Shown here piece by piece: positions 27,587 through 50,158 of a DNA stretch of 64,000 bases (its first letter is position 1; each line of letters begins with the position of its first letter). Origin of the DNA: Flaccisagitta enflata. Lineage: Eukaryota. The stretch spans positions 14,694,001 to 14,758,000 of the forward strand of contig OZ231126.1 in assembly GCA_965153355.1 (NCBI GenBank). Reading direction: 5' to 3'. Both the position numbers and the translations under genes were made by a program. The notes under the pieces are model-generated. The model had not been told where the DNA came from and made no database searches. It worked only from the letters and a program-made list of their open reading frames with translations.

Positions 27587-29922
27587 CCGTTACCTGCACA
27601 AGTTGGGCTACGATGAAAAAAAAAAAAAAATTTAGTAAGGAGGCTAAAAAAAGCCCAATCTTATGTAAAAAAATCTGGGGAATCCAACCGTGACCTTTTT
27701 AGAGCCCTACACGGGGGCGTTTAGAAACGGCCCCAAAAAACACCCAAAAATGGCTATTTTTGGGTATTTTTGGCCAAAATTTAGTACTTAAATGAAGGCC
27801 AAGTGTTTAAATTCATAGTTGGGGACACTTCAAGATGTAAGAGACTAGTAAAACAAGAATCATGATGATGGGGCTATTGTTTGTGGGGTACCTAAAAAGG
27901 CCCAAAAAGAGCCCCTAAAACGAAAAAAATGTAGTTTTTTTTTTTCATTGTGACTACAAAAATGAATGGAATGACTTCAAATTTGAAATGGAAGTTCCTT
28001 ATAAATGCAACTACCATCATGTAAAAATTTGTGGCCCTCCTTAGATGGCTTCATAGGAAAATTTGGCCACCAAAACCAAAAATTGCTCCCAAAAAATCAG
28101 TTTTTTGAGTTAATTGACCTAAAAACAGTATTTTAAGGTCAGGGTACCCCAATTTTTTTCTATTTGCTAATATAAGATGTTTGGAGGTTCCAAAAAAATT
28201 TCAGGCCATATTTCCAAAAATGGCTGAGATATGACCATTTGAGCGACGTGGTAAAATGGAAAACGCCAAAAATGGTCATTTTTGGTGATTTTTAAAAACA
28301 ATTGGGTACAAAAAGGGGTCCCGTTCATTTTAATTCATAGTTGGGGACACTACAAGATGTAAGAGATTATAAAAACAGGAATCATAATGATGGGGCTATT
28401 GTGGGGTACCTAAAAAGGCCCAAAGTGGGGCCCTAAACCAAAAAATATGTAGTTTTTTTTTCATTGTGACTACAAAAATGAATGGAATGCCTTCAAATTG
28501 GAAATGGAAGTTCTTAATAAATGCAAGTATCATCATGTAAAAATTTGTGGCCCTCCTTAAATGGCTTCATAGGTCATTTCCACAATAAACCGGCCCAGCT
28601 GAAATTCATGATGTAAAAGGCAAAAATATTGTTTTTATCATGTTAACCTTTTTTATGATAGAAGATTAGTTGTAAGCTACATTCTTGGAATTCAGTGCTG
28701 GCGATATCCTTCATACTCAAAAATTTGATAGGCTATCTGTAAAAAAATAGGCGAAATCACCCTTTTTATGTCAATTGATGTCACCTTAAAACCACAATGA
28801 AAAAGATATAAAAAATATTAAGCTCAAATTGGGTCGTTTTTATTTAATTGCAATCCTGAAGAATTAAAGATTATATGGCAAAATTGTTGTTAACTACAAA
28901 ATTTCACTTTTAGTTGATGTATCTAAAATAATGATTTATTTGATTTTGATACATAGTAGTATACTATACTTTAAATGACAATATCTCAAGTATTATGGAA
29001 ATTTTCTTTTTTCCCCTTTCAGTATAGACATAACCCAAGTTACATGCAAAATTTCAGACCTTAATGTCAATTCTAGCCAGAGATATTGATTTTTGAAGAG
29101 AGTGACGGAAAATGTTAACACCCTGTTACTCTAATGTTACTCTGATTACGATGAAAACTAGCATAGTTGAACACATTTCAAGTATTGGAATATTTTTTAT
29201 TATATGATCTGAAAGAATATCAAATTCTGAGCATAAGGCTCAAATTTTAAGCTAATAAGTGCTACCATTATGAAATTATGACATTTTTATCAATGTTAAC
29301 GAATTCAGTCGCCTTATTTCCACCAGTCTAGTTTATTGTGGAAACTGCCCATAAGAAAATTTGGCCACAAAAACCAAAAATCGCTCAAAAAATCAGTTTT
29401 TTTAGTTCATTGACCTAAAAACAATATTTCAAGGTCAGGGTTCCCCAATTTTTTTTTCTATTTTGCTATTATAAGATGTTTGGAGGTTCCAAAAAAGATT
29501 TCAGGCCATATTTCCAAAAAATGGCTGAGATATGACCATTTGAAGCGACGTGGTAAAACTGAAAAATGCCAAAAATGGTCATTTTTGGTTATTTTAGCTT
29601 TATTACCTTTACCTGTATTACCTTTATTACCTTTATTACCTTTATTACCTTTATTACCTTTATTACCACGCAACTAAGGTTTGTTGACCTTGTTTTTATT
29701 AATAGGGAAAAGATGTGATATCAATTTGAAAAAAACTTATTGTCATATATTAAATCCAATTTTTTAAGATATTATATGGTATTCATATTGTATTGTATTG
29801 GCCATGTACTTTTTTGATAATTTGTTTTGTATTCTTAAGGAAAGTGCAAAATTGCCTGGGCTTGACAGACAGACAGACAAAGTGACAGAGAGGCAGAGAG
29901 ACAGAGATATACAGTCAGTAAC

Positions 29923-30008
<86 letters not shown>

Positions 30009-31214
30009 GAGAGCAAGAGAGAGACAGACAGACAGTGACAGTCGGACAGAGAGACAGACAGAGAGACCCAGACAAAGTACAAATTAAGTAATACAGAGAA
30101 AGATCAAGACAAACAACCACACAAAGAGAAGTACATAGTAGTAAGTAATAGAGACACACAGATGAAACCATTACTTCTTGAAAAACATTTTTTGGAAAAA
30201 AAGTGAGAGTTAAAGGAAAAAAAAATCCTGCCTCGTGTTTCAACAAGGCCGGATGAAACGGAAGCATCCAAACCTACGCAGCCAAAGGGCGGGTTTCCAG
30301 TCACAGACATTTGGGCAGGAGCAGTGAGGCCAAAAACCGCAAAAACCAAAAAAAAGTAGTGTGACGGACCGACGGACCGACGGACGGTGTACGGACACAC
30401 AGATGACCATTACGGAAAAACCGGACAAAAAGGGAAAGTAGAGGAAAAAAAAACGCCTCGTAAAAACTCTGCGTGTAAGAAAATGAAACGTTGAAGCATC
30501 CAAACCTACGCAGCCAAAGGGCGTGTTTCCAGTCGCAGACAATTGTGTTTTTAACGGGCCACTCCGTTGCTTGTTACATTCTCTCGCTCTATCCACTCAC
30601 TTTATCTGCAGGGCTCCACTTTGCAGGGCTCCACTTGCTTTGCTCGCTTGATTGCTTCATTCACAGGCTCGCTCACTTGCTTCGCTCACTATTTTGTAGG
30701 AACATTGCAATTTATATATGTTAAGGATATACCTGTTTTACAGTAAACAAGGCCGGATACACGGCTACCCCAGTCGCTTGCGGGTGGGTAGGGGCCATAA
30801 TTGAGGTCACTCCATCATTTGGGCAAGAGCAGTGAGGCCAAAAACCGCAAAAACCCAGAAAAAGTAGTTTGACAGACAGACCTACGGACCGACGGATGGA
30901 CCGACGGACGGACCAATGGACAGACAAAGCGGGGTGTAGAGTCGCGTAGCACGCGACTAAAAACGCGTTTTTGGATGTCAGTTGAAACACATGCAGGTTC
31001 TTACGTTCTTACCTTTCTTACATTTTTTAGGCGAGGCATCTTTTCATCAACTGACACGTAAACACCAAAAAGATTTATTGCCGACTTTTGTTTCGAGTAC
31101 AGATTGTTCTTTCGAATCACCAATCCTCTTCTTTCCCTCCCTCCCCTTCTCTAGTGTGTGTGTGTGTGTGTGTCTGTCTGTGTCTCTCTCTCTGTATCTC
31201 TCTTCATCTCTTCT

Positions 31215-31282
<68 letters not shown>

Positions 31283-32910
31283 ACTGACTGACAAAGCAAG
31301 GTTAGATTTGCATATCTTTGACTAACAAGGCCGGATACTGCCAACGAGTCGCGTGCGGGTGGGCAGGGGCTGTGTTTGAGGTCACTCAATCATTTGGGCA
31401 GGAGCAGTGAGGCCAAACCGCAAAACCCCAAAAAGTGTGCGTGCAGACGGCGGACGGACCGACGGACGGACGGATCAACGGACGGACGGACCGACAAAGC
31501 TTGTAGAGTCGCGTAGCATGCGACTAAAAATGGTTATTTCTTTTTAGCTGCTACGCGACTCTGGCTTTGTCGTTGGTCCGTCGTCGATCTGTCGGTCCGT
31601 TTGTCCGTCGGTGGTCGGTTGGTCCGTCCGTCACACTACTTTTTTGGGTTTTTAGGTTTTTGGATTTTAGGATTTTTGGCTAAAAAGATCAAAAATTTCC
31701 ATTTTCGTTTTCCATTTTTACAGCGCGAAATGGTCATATCTCAGCCTTTTTGGAAATATGGCTGAAATTTTTTTTGGAACCTCCAAACATCTTATATTAG
31801 CAAAATAGAAAAAAAAATTGGGGTACCCTGACCTTCAAATATTGTTTTTAGGTCAATTAACTCAAAAAACTGATTTTTTTGGAGCGATTTTTGGTTTTTG
31901 TGGCCAAATTTTCCTATGAAGCCATCTAAGGAGGGCCACAAATTTTTACATGATGGTAGTTGCATCTATAAGGAACTTCCATTTCAAATTTTAAGTCATT
32001 CCATTCATTTTTGTAGTCACAATGAAAAAAAAACTACATTTTTTTCGTTTTAGGGGCCCTTTTTGGGCCTTTTTAGGTACCCCACAATAGCCCCACATTA
32101 TGATTCCTGTTTTTATAATCTCTTACATCTTGTAGTGTCCCCAACTATGAATTAAAATGAACAGGACCCCTTTTTGTACCCAATTGTTTAAAAAAATCAC
32201 AAAAAATGACCATTTTCGGCGTTTTCCATTTTTACCACGTCGCTTCAAATGGTCATATCTCAGCCATTTTTTGTAAATAGAGCCTGAAATTTTTTTTGGA
32301 ACCTCCAAACATCTTATATTAGCAAAATAGAAAAAAAAATTGGGGTACCCTGACTTTATAATATTGTTTTTAGGTCAATGAACTCAAAAAACTGATTTTT
32401 TTGGAGCGATTTTTGGTTTTTGTGGCCAAATTTTCCTATGAAGCCATCTAAGGAGGGCCACAAATTTTTACATGATGGTAGTTGCATTTATAAGGAACTT
32501 CCATTTCAAATTTGAAGTCATTCCATTCATTTTTGTAGTCACAATGAAAAAAAAACTACATTTTTTCTGTTTTAGGGGCCCTTTTTGGGCCTTTTTAGGT
32601 ACCCCACAATAGCCCCATCATCATGATTCTTGTTTTACTAGTCTCTTACATCTTGAAGTGTCCCCAACTATGAAATTAAACACTTGGCCTCCATTTAAGT
32701 ACTAAATTTTGGCCAAAAATACCCAAAAATAGCCATTTTTGGGTGTTTTTTTGGGGCCGTTTCTAAACGCCCCCGCGTAGGGCTCTGAAAAGGTCACGGT
32801 TGGATTTCCCACATTTTTTTACACAAGATTGACCTTTTTCTAGCCTCCTTACTCAATTTTTTTTTTGCGATGAGAAATAATGCAGCTAGCTCAACTTGTG
32901 CAGGTAACGG
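27587..32910. mobile_element. Foldback-type non-autonomous DNA element 2: long inverted arms built from ~520-bp tandem modules
   Basis: Ends CCGTTACCTGCACAAGTTGGGCTA and TAGCTCAACTTGTGCAGGTAACGG, with ATTA immediately outside both. Arms about 27587-29600 and 31700-32910; modules homologous to those of foldback 1. Confidence 0.87.
28572..29350. mobile_element. MITE (Harbinger-like by 3-bp duplication and GG termini) nested in the left arm of foldback 2
   Basis: TIR core TTTCCACAATAAAC; ATA duplicated; interrupts the module sequence atggcttcataggaaaatttggccac that is intact at about 28045. Confidence 0.78.
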
Positions 32911-33173
32911 ATTAAGTGATTTTTTGCACCAGTGAAAAAATAAGCAGAAGACGCTTAGATGCTGAAATTATAGACAATTTTTCTCTGCATCGTAGCAAAA
33001 AAAGAAAGAAAAAGAAAGAAAAGACAGATTTTCACTTCTGCTTTTTGGCAGTGATCATCTGGTTTGAAAGTTATCAGACGGTAGAAACCAAAGAAAGGCA
33101 TTTAGACCTCATTGGCACCTAGGATCATATCATAAAAAAGATCAAACACTGGGAATCTAAAACTAATGCTATA

Positions 33174-33307
<134 letters not shown>

Positions 33308-35185
33308 GAGAGACAGACAGACAGACAGAAAGACAGACAGAGACAGACAGACAGAAAGAGACAAATAGAGACAGAGACAGAGACAAAAAGAAAGGGCACT
33401 CGAACGGAGGAAGATTTTCGGAAATAAGTTTGAGAGACAAACTGACAAATTCCGTCAATATTGACAGCTAGCAAGATTCAAATTAAAGACAAAAACTAAA
33501 ACTGAAACTTCAGCTCCTTGTCAATGTCAGCTTCTTCTACTTCTTTTCTGTCTTCTTCTTTTCTGTCTTCTTCTTTTCCTTCCTTTGTCTTTTTTTCTTT
33601 TTCTTTCTTTATCCTTATAATTCTTCTTCTGTTTCATTTCCTTTGTATTCTTTTTCTTCTTTTCCCTCCTCTTTCTTTCCTCCATACATTCTTCAATACT
33701 TTTTGCTCTTCTCCATTACCGTCTCCTCCTCTTCCTCCTCCTCTTCCTCCTCCCACTTGTCCAGGATGGACTTCCGCCGTCTCTCGGGACAGGAAATGAA
33801 ATCATATGTTTTGTCTCCGATCCCACTCAGTTGTTTCTCTCCCATCTCCAGCTCATGACTGCCTCCAGCCATGACCATCTACATTCTTCATCTTTTTCTC
33901 CCTTTGCCATTGATGACCACTATTTGAGGCAGTCCCATGTCCCGAGGCGGAAGAAAGAGAGGCAATTGGTTATTGGCTTATATAAAGCTAATTGGAATGC
34001 GGTGAGGACGACGACCATTACCAAGGACGGAGGAAACGAACACAGTATTACCTGAGGGGTATGTAGAAAATACCCAGCCGATATTCTTAACCTAGATAAA
34101 GTTTAAGGAAGCAACAAGTGGGCTATGGGCATAAGAACAGATGTCGTCAAGACTTGGAAATACAGGGGAATTCTTTACAGGAAGACAAATAAAGTTAAGA
34201 GAGTGATATTTGGAATATAAACTAATAAAAGGATGCTTTATTGCCTATGGGTGTTGGTTGCCATGGAAACAACCAACCAACCAACAGACAGCACGTACAC
34301 CAGACAGTGCAGTTAGGCGGATTAACAGACTAACAGAACTTAGAAACAGTCTGCAAAAGGAGTAAATGGAAATGTGAGTCTCAGATTGAATAAAGTGGTT
34401 TTTAGTCGCGTGCACGCGACTCTACACCCCGCTTTGTCCGTCGGTCGGTCAGTTGGTCACACTTTACTTTTTATTTATGATTTTTATTTTTGGACCTCAC
34501 TGCTCCTGCCGAAATAGTCTAGTGACCTCAAATAAAGCCCCTGCCCACCCGCACGCGACTTCGGTAGCCGTGTATCCAGCCTTGTTTTCCCTTTACCTGA
34601 AGGCAAACTTACACATGAGCAAATCATCTATCGAATCTCGGCGTTGTATATTAAACGATTTGAGTAATCAAAAACATCAGATTTCGAGGTATAAGATTTC
34701 AAACGCACACGCACTGAGAAATAATTGGGGAATAGATCTTAATTGCTGACCAATCAAACCATACAGCCGCTGTTCAGTTTCGAGAAGATCAATCCGGCGT
34801 GGCGAAGAAGATAGGACGTAATATAAAGTCTTAAGACTATTGATTAAGCCACATTATTACATATACATTAAGGAAATAACTGACAGGGCGGCGTTTTATG
34901 TTTGTCTTTGATTTTCTACTCTAAATCCTGAAGCGCTTTACCAGGATTAAGCCCTGTTATTTTCTTTTCGGAACAGACTCAGCAATGTATCAATAGAAAG
35001 GAAAAAAAAACACGTTGCTGTGGGGAAATTCTGAATATAATTTTTGATGAAATTGTTGGTCAACAGCCATTCACCAGCAAAGGAACACTCATCCAATTCA
35101 AACCTCTTCAAGTTTATGGTCAAATCCGTGGAAAAAGAGCGATAGAAATACACAAAACAAGAAGAAAACAAAGCTCCATCCTACC

Positions 35186-37461
35186 ATGGAGATCAAACGA
35201 CTTTTGAGAGCTAGTATTTTCCTCTTGGCCGCTCTTTTTTCCTTCATCGATGTGGCAGCGGACGTATCACTCGCCCGAGAGTACTTTCTATACGGCACAT
35301 GTCCCCCACATTTCCGACAAGGACATTGCCAAAATGTCACCACACACGGAAACGTCACAAATAATGGGAAGGGCCATTTCAGATTAGGCGTGATTTGGGA
35401 GTTTTTCGTCTTAACAAGCATCTGGATCTGTCTGGGCGGTTTTGTTGAGACCTTTATTATCTTGAGACAAATGTGCAGAAGAAATGAATCATGTTTGGAA
35501 CCTCTAACTCGGCCACTTCGATATCTTCTCCTTCTTACGGCGCCTTTCTTGATTGCACCGGTCGTCGTCAATCTTTTTGCCGCTTTTCTTGTTTTTCGGA
35601 ATCGAGCCAACGTAACAGATGATATTGTCAAGTAAGATCAAACTCGCGTATGTAACTGTCAACAATGATATCATCAAGTAAGACTAGTGTGTGTTACTCG
35701 TTATCTCTTTCTATCATGCTTTTGCCACTTTGTTACCTTGAGCACAGTTCATCCGTCGAGCAATGGCCCAATGTTTCACGCGAGGAGGTTTTTACTTATT
35801 TTTTTTATACAGTGTGAACATTGTCAAATGCAAAAAAGTATTAAGCTCTTGCTCCTAGATGCTTCATTTTCCTTACCTGGAATCACTTTTCTCTTAAAGT
35901 ACTATGTTTGACGTTTTTTGTATCAAAATTTCATGGGTCTAAGTTGAATATTTTGTCCACAACATTAAATTGAAGTAAAAGAGGCATTTCTAGAAGAAGC
36001 TCATTTTCAGATCAAAATCTTCTTCTTTAGGCAGGAAAGTTTTCCATGATTTGCTCTCATATGAAGACGACTTGAGCTACGAATGCCAGATTGATCTCAA
36101 ATGGGAGATAATTTGACTCTCTTTCATTTAAGACCAAGGTAGCATCTGTGGCTTAAGTCTTTTTAACATCAAAACAATTCAAAAAAGAAACTGCCCAGGT
36201 TAAAAAAATTCAGTAATCAAGCTTTAACTATAAATCTTCATTTTACTTCAAACTGTTGTTATGAACAAACAATTCAACTCAGACCCATGAAATTTTGACA
36301 CAAAAAATGTCAAGCATAATACTATAGGAGGAAAATGATTCAGGTCATGAAGATGAAGCATCAGGGCGTAAAAGCTTAATACTTTTTTGCATTTGACAAT
36401 GTTCACCCTGTACTAGCACCTCTCACATGTCTCAACGGACATTTTTTGTAGCTTCAATCAGCGTAAAGAATGGTCCGATTGTCATGAAATTTTAGATATG
36501 GGAGCCTCAAGTTCCAATTATCAACATCATAACAATGGCAGTATATAAGTATGGAATACAAACATTTGAAGAGAGGCGACCAGATTAGCAATTTTCTGAA
36601 AAAATTTTCTCAAAATGAATATTTTGTAAAATCTGTTTCAGAATCAACTTACTCCTGGCATCGACGAAAATGGGCGAAGCGACTTTCGAATCCATCCCAC
36701 AACTGATCACTCAGTGGTGCGTCTTAAACTACCAAGCCGGATATCCCGAATCCGATCACTACGAAGGGTTGAGTCCTTTGCAGTGCGTCTCCATCGCCAC
36801 GTCGACTTTCTCCATCGCCAATTCGCTCGTCAGATTCGTCGCCGTTCATCGTCGTCGGCACTTCATCAGCCAGCGATATCCGGCCGTCGCTTCGCTGATC
36901 CCGATTTATCTGTTTTTATTGTCCGGCGTTTCGGCGGCCTCGACTCAGTTGAGATGGTTGCGTGTCTCCGGCGTCACGGCGGTCGCCATGGCGACTTTCT
37001 CTGTATCAAATATTGTCAGTTTTATCGTCGCCGTTTTCATTTTATCCTTACCCTGTATTCCCAATGATCGCTGTCGAATGTTTCGTTTTGTATCATCCTG
37101 TGTAACGACGGGCGGCGCGATTGGTTGTATCGTTTGGGTCAAACTTTTTCACGAGTCCGAATTCGAGTCTTTTATCGAGGCTCTCGACGCTTTTCATATT
37201 TTCCGTTTGACGCTTTTTTGTTGCGTCTTTCATTTGATTATTGGCATTCTCGTTTTACCTTCGACGGACGTCGCCGCCCGCATTTTTAGTCCGTTTGTCC
37301 GTTTTTCCGTTCGTTTTGTATCGAGAATAGCGACGTTTTGTTGCCCGGCCAAATGGAGGTCGGATGTGAATAAAATAGCCGATGAGATTTTGTACGTCGA
37401 GGTTCAAGAAATGGCGAGTCACGATATTATGTTACCCATGGAGGCCGTGGACATCGGATAA
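35186..37461 (+). CDS. XK-related (Xkr/CED-8 family) multi-pass membrane protein; exons 35186-35631 and 36642-37461, 421 aa if this ATG is the true start
   Basis: Exon 1 has FIDVAADVSLAREYF and exon 2 has EATFESIPQLITQ, both XK-family signatures. Donor AA|GTAAGA and acceptor TTTCAG|A join in frame (DDIVK-INLLLASTKMGE). Several hydrophobic helices. Confidence 0.85.
35810..36410. mobile_element. Tc1/mariner-type MITE in the Xkr intron
   Basis: TA|CAGTGTGAACATTGTCAAATGCAAAAAAGTATTAAGCT ... AGCTTAATACTTTTTTGCATTTGACAATGTTCACCCTG|TA. Confidence 0.87.
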
Positions 37462-37729
37462 GAGTCGCGGTGGAAATAGGACGCTATGTATCATATCTTT
37501 TATATTTGTGATAATCATTAGTAAAATTGAGCCGCTAGTAAAATCCCTAATTTTGTACACCCTTACTTTTGTAGTTTTGCATTTTTTTAGTTTCTTATTT
37601 AAGTGAGATTTTAATAGATATTCCAATGAAAGATTACGCAAACATTTGAATATTTGCTGAGACATTGCTTTCCTTGGGATCGATGGCGGATAAGATTCAA
37701 AGTGCGCAAATGGGTACCATTATTAGCTA

Positions 37730-38320
37730 CCATCTTGGCCATAAATATAAGAACAGCTTTAAAGTGTCATATATCGCTTAATTTTGATCGCAGAAAGATG
37801 ATCTTTTTTTCAAAATTTGCATCTTCGAAAAATCTATCAAATGAGACCAAGCTGGTTCCTGTATCTTTTTTCGTTTTGAAATGAGAGCCAAATGAATAAA
37901 ATATTTGCTTTTTGCAATTGTGGTTGGGGAAATCTTTCTTAGTTTATGGGGAATAGTGTACTGGCACACTGCGCCAAATATACTGTAAGATCGACGACTT
38001 AAGATCGTCTAGGGTTAGCCCACATCAATTTGGATCTCAATCCAATTGAGAACTCAAAGACTCAAATGAAAAACATGCAGAAAAAGGGGAAAACAACATG
38101 CAAAGCAGGGCTGAAATGAATTGCATAAATGGTTTGAGACAACATCACTCCAGAGTACCTCCAGTCTTACTACGAGTCAATGCCAAAGTGAATGCAGGCG
38201 GTGGTGGATGCCCAACATGGTCATACTAAATATTAGATGCAGTCTGATATGTTTGCTGCTCACTTCTAGTCAATAAATCAATTAATGCACCTACTGTTCT
38301 TATATTTATGGCCAAGATGG
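37730..38320. mobile_element. Tc1/mariner (pogo-like) MITE
   Basis: Perfect 27-bp TIR CCATCTTGGCCATAAATATAAGAACAG with TA on both sides. Confidence 0.87.
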
Positions 38321-38688
38321 TACTTTTGTTTACATCGTTTCGCAGAACTAGCGGCTCTACAATATTCACCTGATGTGTAGCTTTGCAACTTTGCTGCCCA
38401 TTTGATTTGGTTTGATTATCCTATTAAAACGTTATTGGCCACATTTTTTGTTTTCCCCTGCCCAACCATACACGCTCTGTTCTGTAAATGACCTGACTTG
38501 AAGCATTGTGCATTATTGTGGAGAGCTGGAAATGGGTGATTTTCAAGGAAACATTTTGATTTGAAGCTTACTTTGAGATTCAATTCTGGACCGCGACAAA
38601 TGAGTTTTGATGGAATAAGAAATGCCCAAAATATGGGAAACAAGATTCAAGATCGGACAGAAAACAACAGGGAGACAGCGTTAGGGTC

Positions 38689-40806
<2,118 letters not shown>

Positions 40807-40826
40807 AACGTGCAGCAAACGGTTGT

Positions 40827-41030
40827 CTACGAGAGCGAGGCCCTACTGATAAATGAAAAGGCACGGGGTTTTCTGGGTATCATGAATATATTGCTCAGAG
40901 AAGGCCCGGGGGCAGACCGAGAGAGAAGACGTCAGATCGAGCTGCTTTTATACTGGCGAGAGAGGAAGAAGGAGGAGGAAGATGAGGAGAAGGAAGGAGA
41001 AGAGAGAGAGAAGCATCGTCTTCGCGGTTG
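40827..41030 (-). repeat. 3' LTR
   Basis: Matches 53040-53243 except at position 40832/53045; immediately preceded on the minus strand by AGAAAAATGGGGGCG. Confidence 0.93.
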
Positions 41031-41045
41031 CGCCCCCATTTTTCT
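41031..41045 (-). promoter_or_regulatory. Polypurine tract AGAAAAATGGGGGCG
   Basis: Abuts the 3' LTR; an identical 15-mer lies at 43231-43245. Confidence 0.75.
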
Positions 41046-41347
41046 TGAAAAATTTTCCGGAAATGCAGGATTTACGTAAATTTTTCACAACAAAAACAGG
41101 ATTGTAACGAGAGGATAGAGAGGAGAGAGAGGAAAAGAGAGGCAAGTATCTAAGAGCTAAGGATCTGGCACCTTTTCTCAAGATAGTACAATTACAATTA
41201 ATTGCAAATGATAGAAAGCAATTAAAAACGATAATTGAAAGGCACAATTACAAAAGTCAACTTAATGACAGCAGAAAAGTGCAATTACAAATAATCGCAA
41301 ATTACAAAAATGATAGCAGTGATGCAAGATAGTCAATGAACATGATC

Positions 41348-41446
<99 letters not shown>

Positions 41447-41538
41447 GGGACAGAGGGACAGAGAGACAGAGAGACAGACAGCGACAGAGATAAGCAAAGA
41501 CAGGGAGAGAGAGAAAGAAAGAAAGACAGGGACAGAGA

Positions 41539-41625
<87 letters not shown>

Positions 41626-41714
41626 GGACAGAGGGACAGAGACAGAGAGACAGACAGCAACAGAGATAAGCAAAGACAGGGAGAGAGAGAAAGAAAGAAA
41701 GACAGGGACAGAGA

Positions 41715-41896
<182 letters not shown>

Positions 41897-42219
41897 AAAA
41901 AGAGAGAGAGAGAGATTAAGCTAAAAATGCAAAAAAAGGGAAAAAATATTGTAAGCACGGGGAGATTCATATGATTATAGTTCGGAGAGTAAAGTTTGAT
42001 GCAATTTTGTGGACGCAAACATTCAAAGATGATTTAAACAAAAAAAAATTCATAAAAAAGTTAGAAAACGACGACAATGACTACGACGATGACGACGACG
42101 ACGACGACGACGACGACGATGAAAACAAAGGAAGAAAAAAAAAGGCGACAAAAAATGATGATGAAAACGACGTAAGCGACGAAATACACACCGTAACACA
42201 AGATAAAAGGAACGAAAAT

Positions 42220-42317
<98 letters not shown>

Positions 42318-43282
42318 TAACACATCAAACCTAAAAATGAAAGCCACGGGAAAAATGGACACAATTTAGCTTCTTATTTTTGTTGATGGATTCCTGGAGC
42401 TGCGGCGACGTTGTTATATTCCGAGACATTTGCAAATGTTGGCAATGACGGATTGAAGAGGGAGAGGAATTCCATTGCTGAAACAGTCTACTAAGCAATG
42501 GGCTTCAAAGTTGACGATAACTAGACGGTTTTGAAGGAGGAGAGGGGGGGGGGGAAATTGCATTTTCAAGGAAATAGGGAAAATTGTTAAGATCTATAGC
42601 CAGGATGATTGCGGCATATAGAAAACGATGGCATAGCGTATGATGGCAATGAGAGGATGTCACGAGTAACCGATGGCATTGATGAGAGGGCATTGATTGT
42701 GGCACAGGAAGATCGATGGTACAGAGAATAGGATGGTAATGAGAGGATACCACACTGATGAGAAGGTGCTGATAATATGACAAAAGTATGGATGCACAGG
42801 GAAGATGATGGTACAGAGAAGATGGTGACAATGTGAGGAAGCTATTGATATGATTGCATGGAGGTTTGTGGCACAGAGATGATGGTCAGTTGAAGATGTC
42901 AGAAATTGAAGCAGATGAAATGGGATTATTAAGTGAAGTTAGCATGACATTTCAAAAACGAGAAACTTGGACGTGAAAAGATACGTGGACTTGGAAGAAA
43001 ACATGATTTCTTTGGCAAAAATGAGCAAATTAATAAAAAAAGATCCCCTGTCATTCATTCATAGATCAATCATTCACATACCACTGGTGGCCACCAGTTT
43101 CAAAACGCGTTAAAGGGAATCATAGAACACCAATTGAGCACAAGAAAACGAAATAAATCATGCATCTCCAGACTCATGAATCACTCAAGCATCCATGTTT
43201 CTCTAAAATGAATTACCAGCCAAAACTCCACGCCCCCATTTTTCTATGCAAATGAATGGCAGAAATTGCAATTAATGAAAAC

Positions 43283-50146
<6,864 letters not shown>

Positions 50147-50158
50147 CGCGTGGCAATC

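Noticed and set aside
37441-37461. EAVD as an Xkr caspase-cleavage site
   Set aside because: It lies two residues from the C-terminus, so cleavage would remove almost nothing.
40810-41079. 89-aa ORF repeated at 52960-53250
   Set aside because: Antisense translation of the two LTR copies; non-ATG starts outside the LTR and no protein features.
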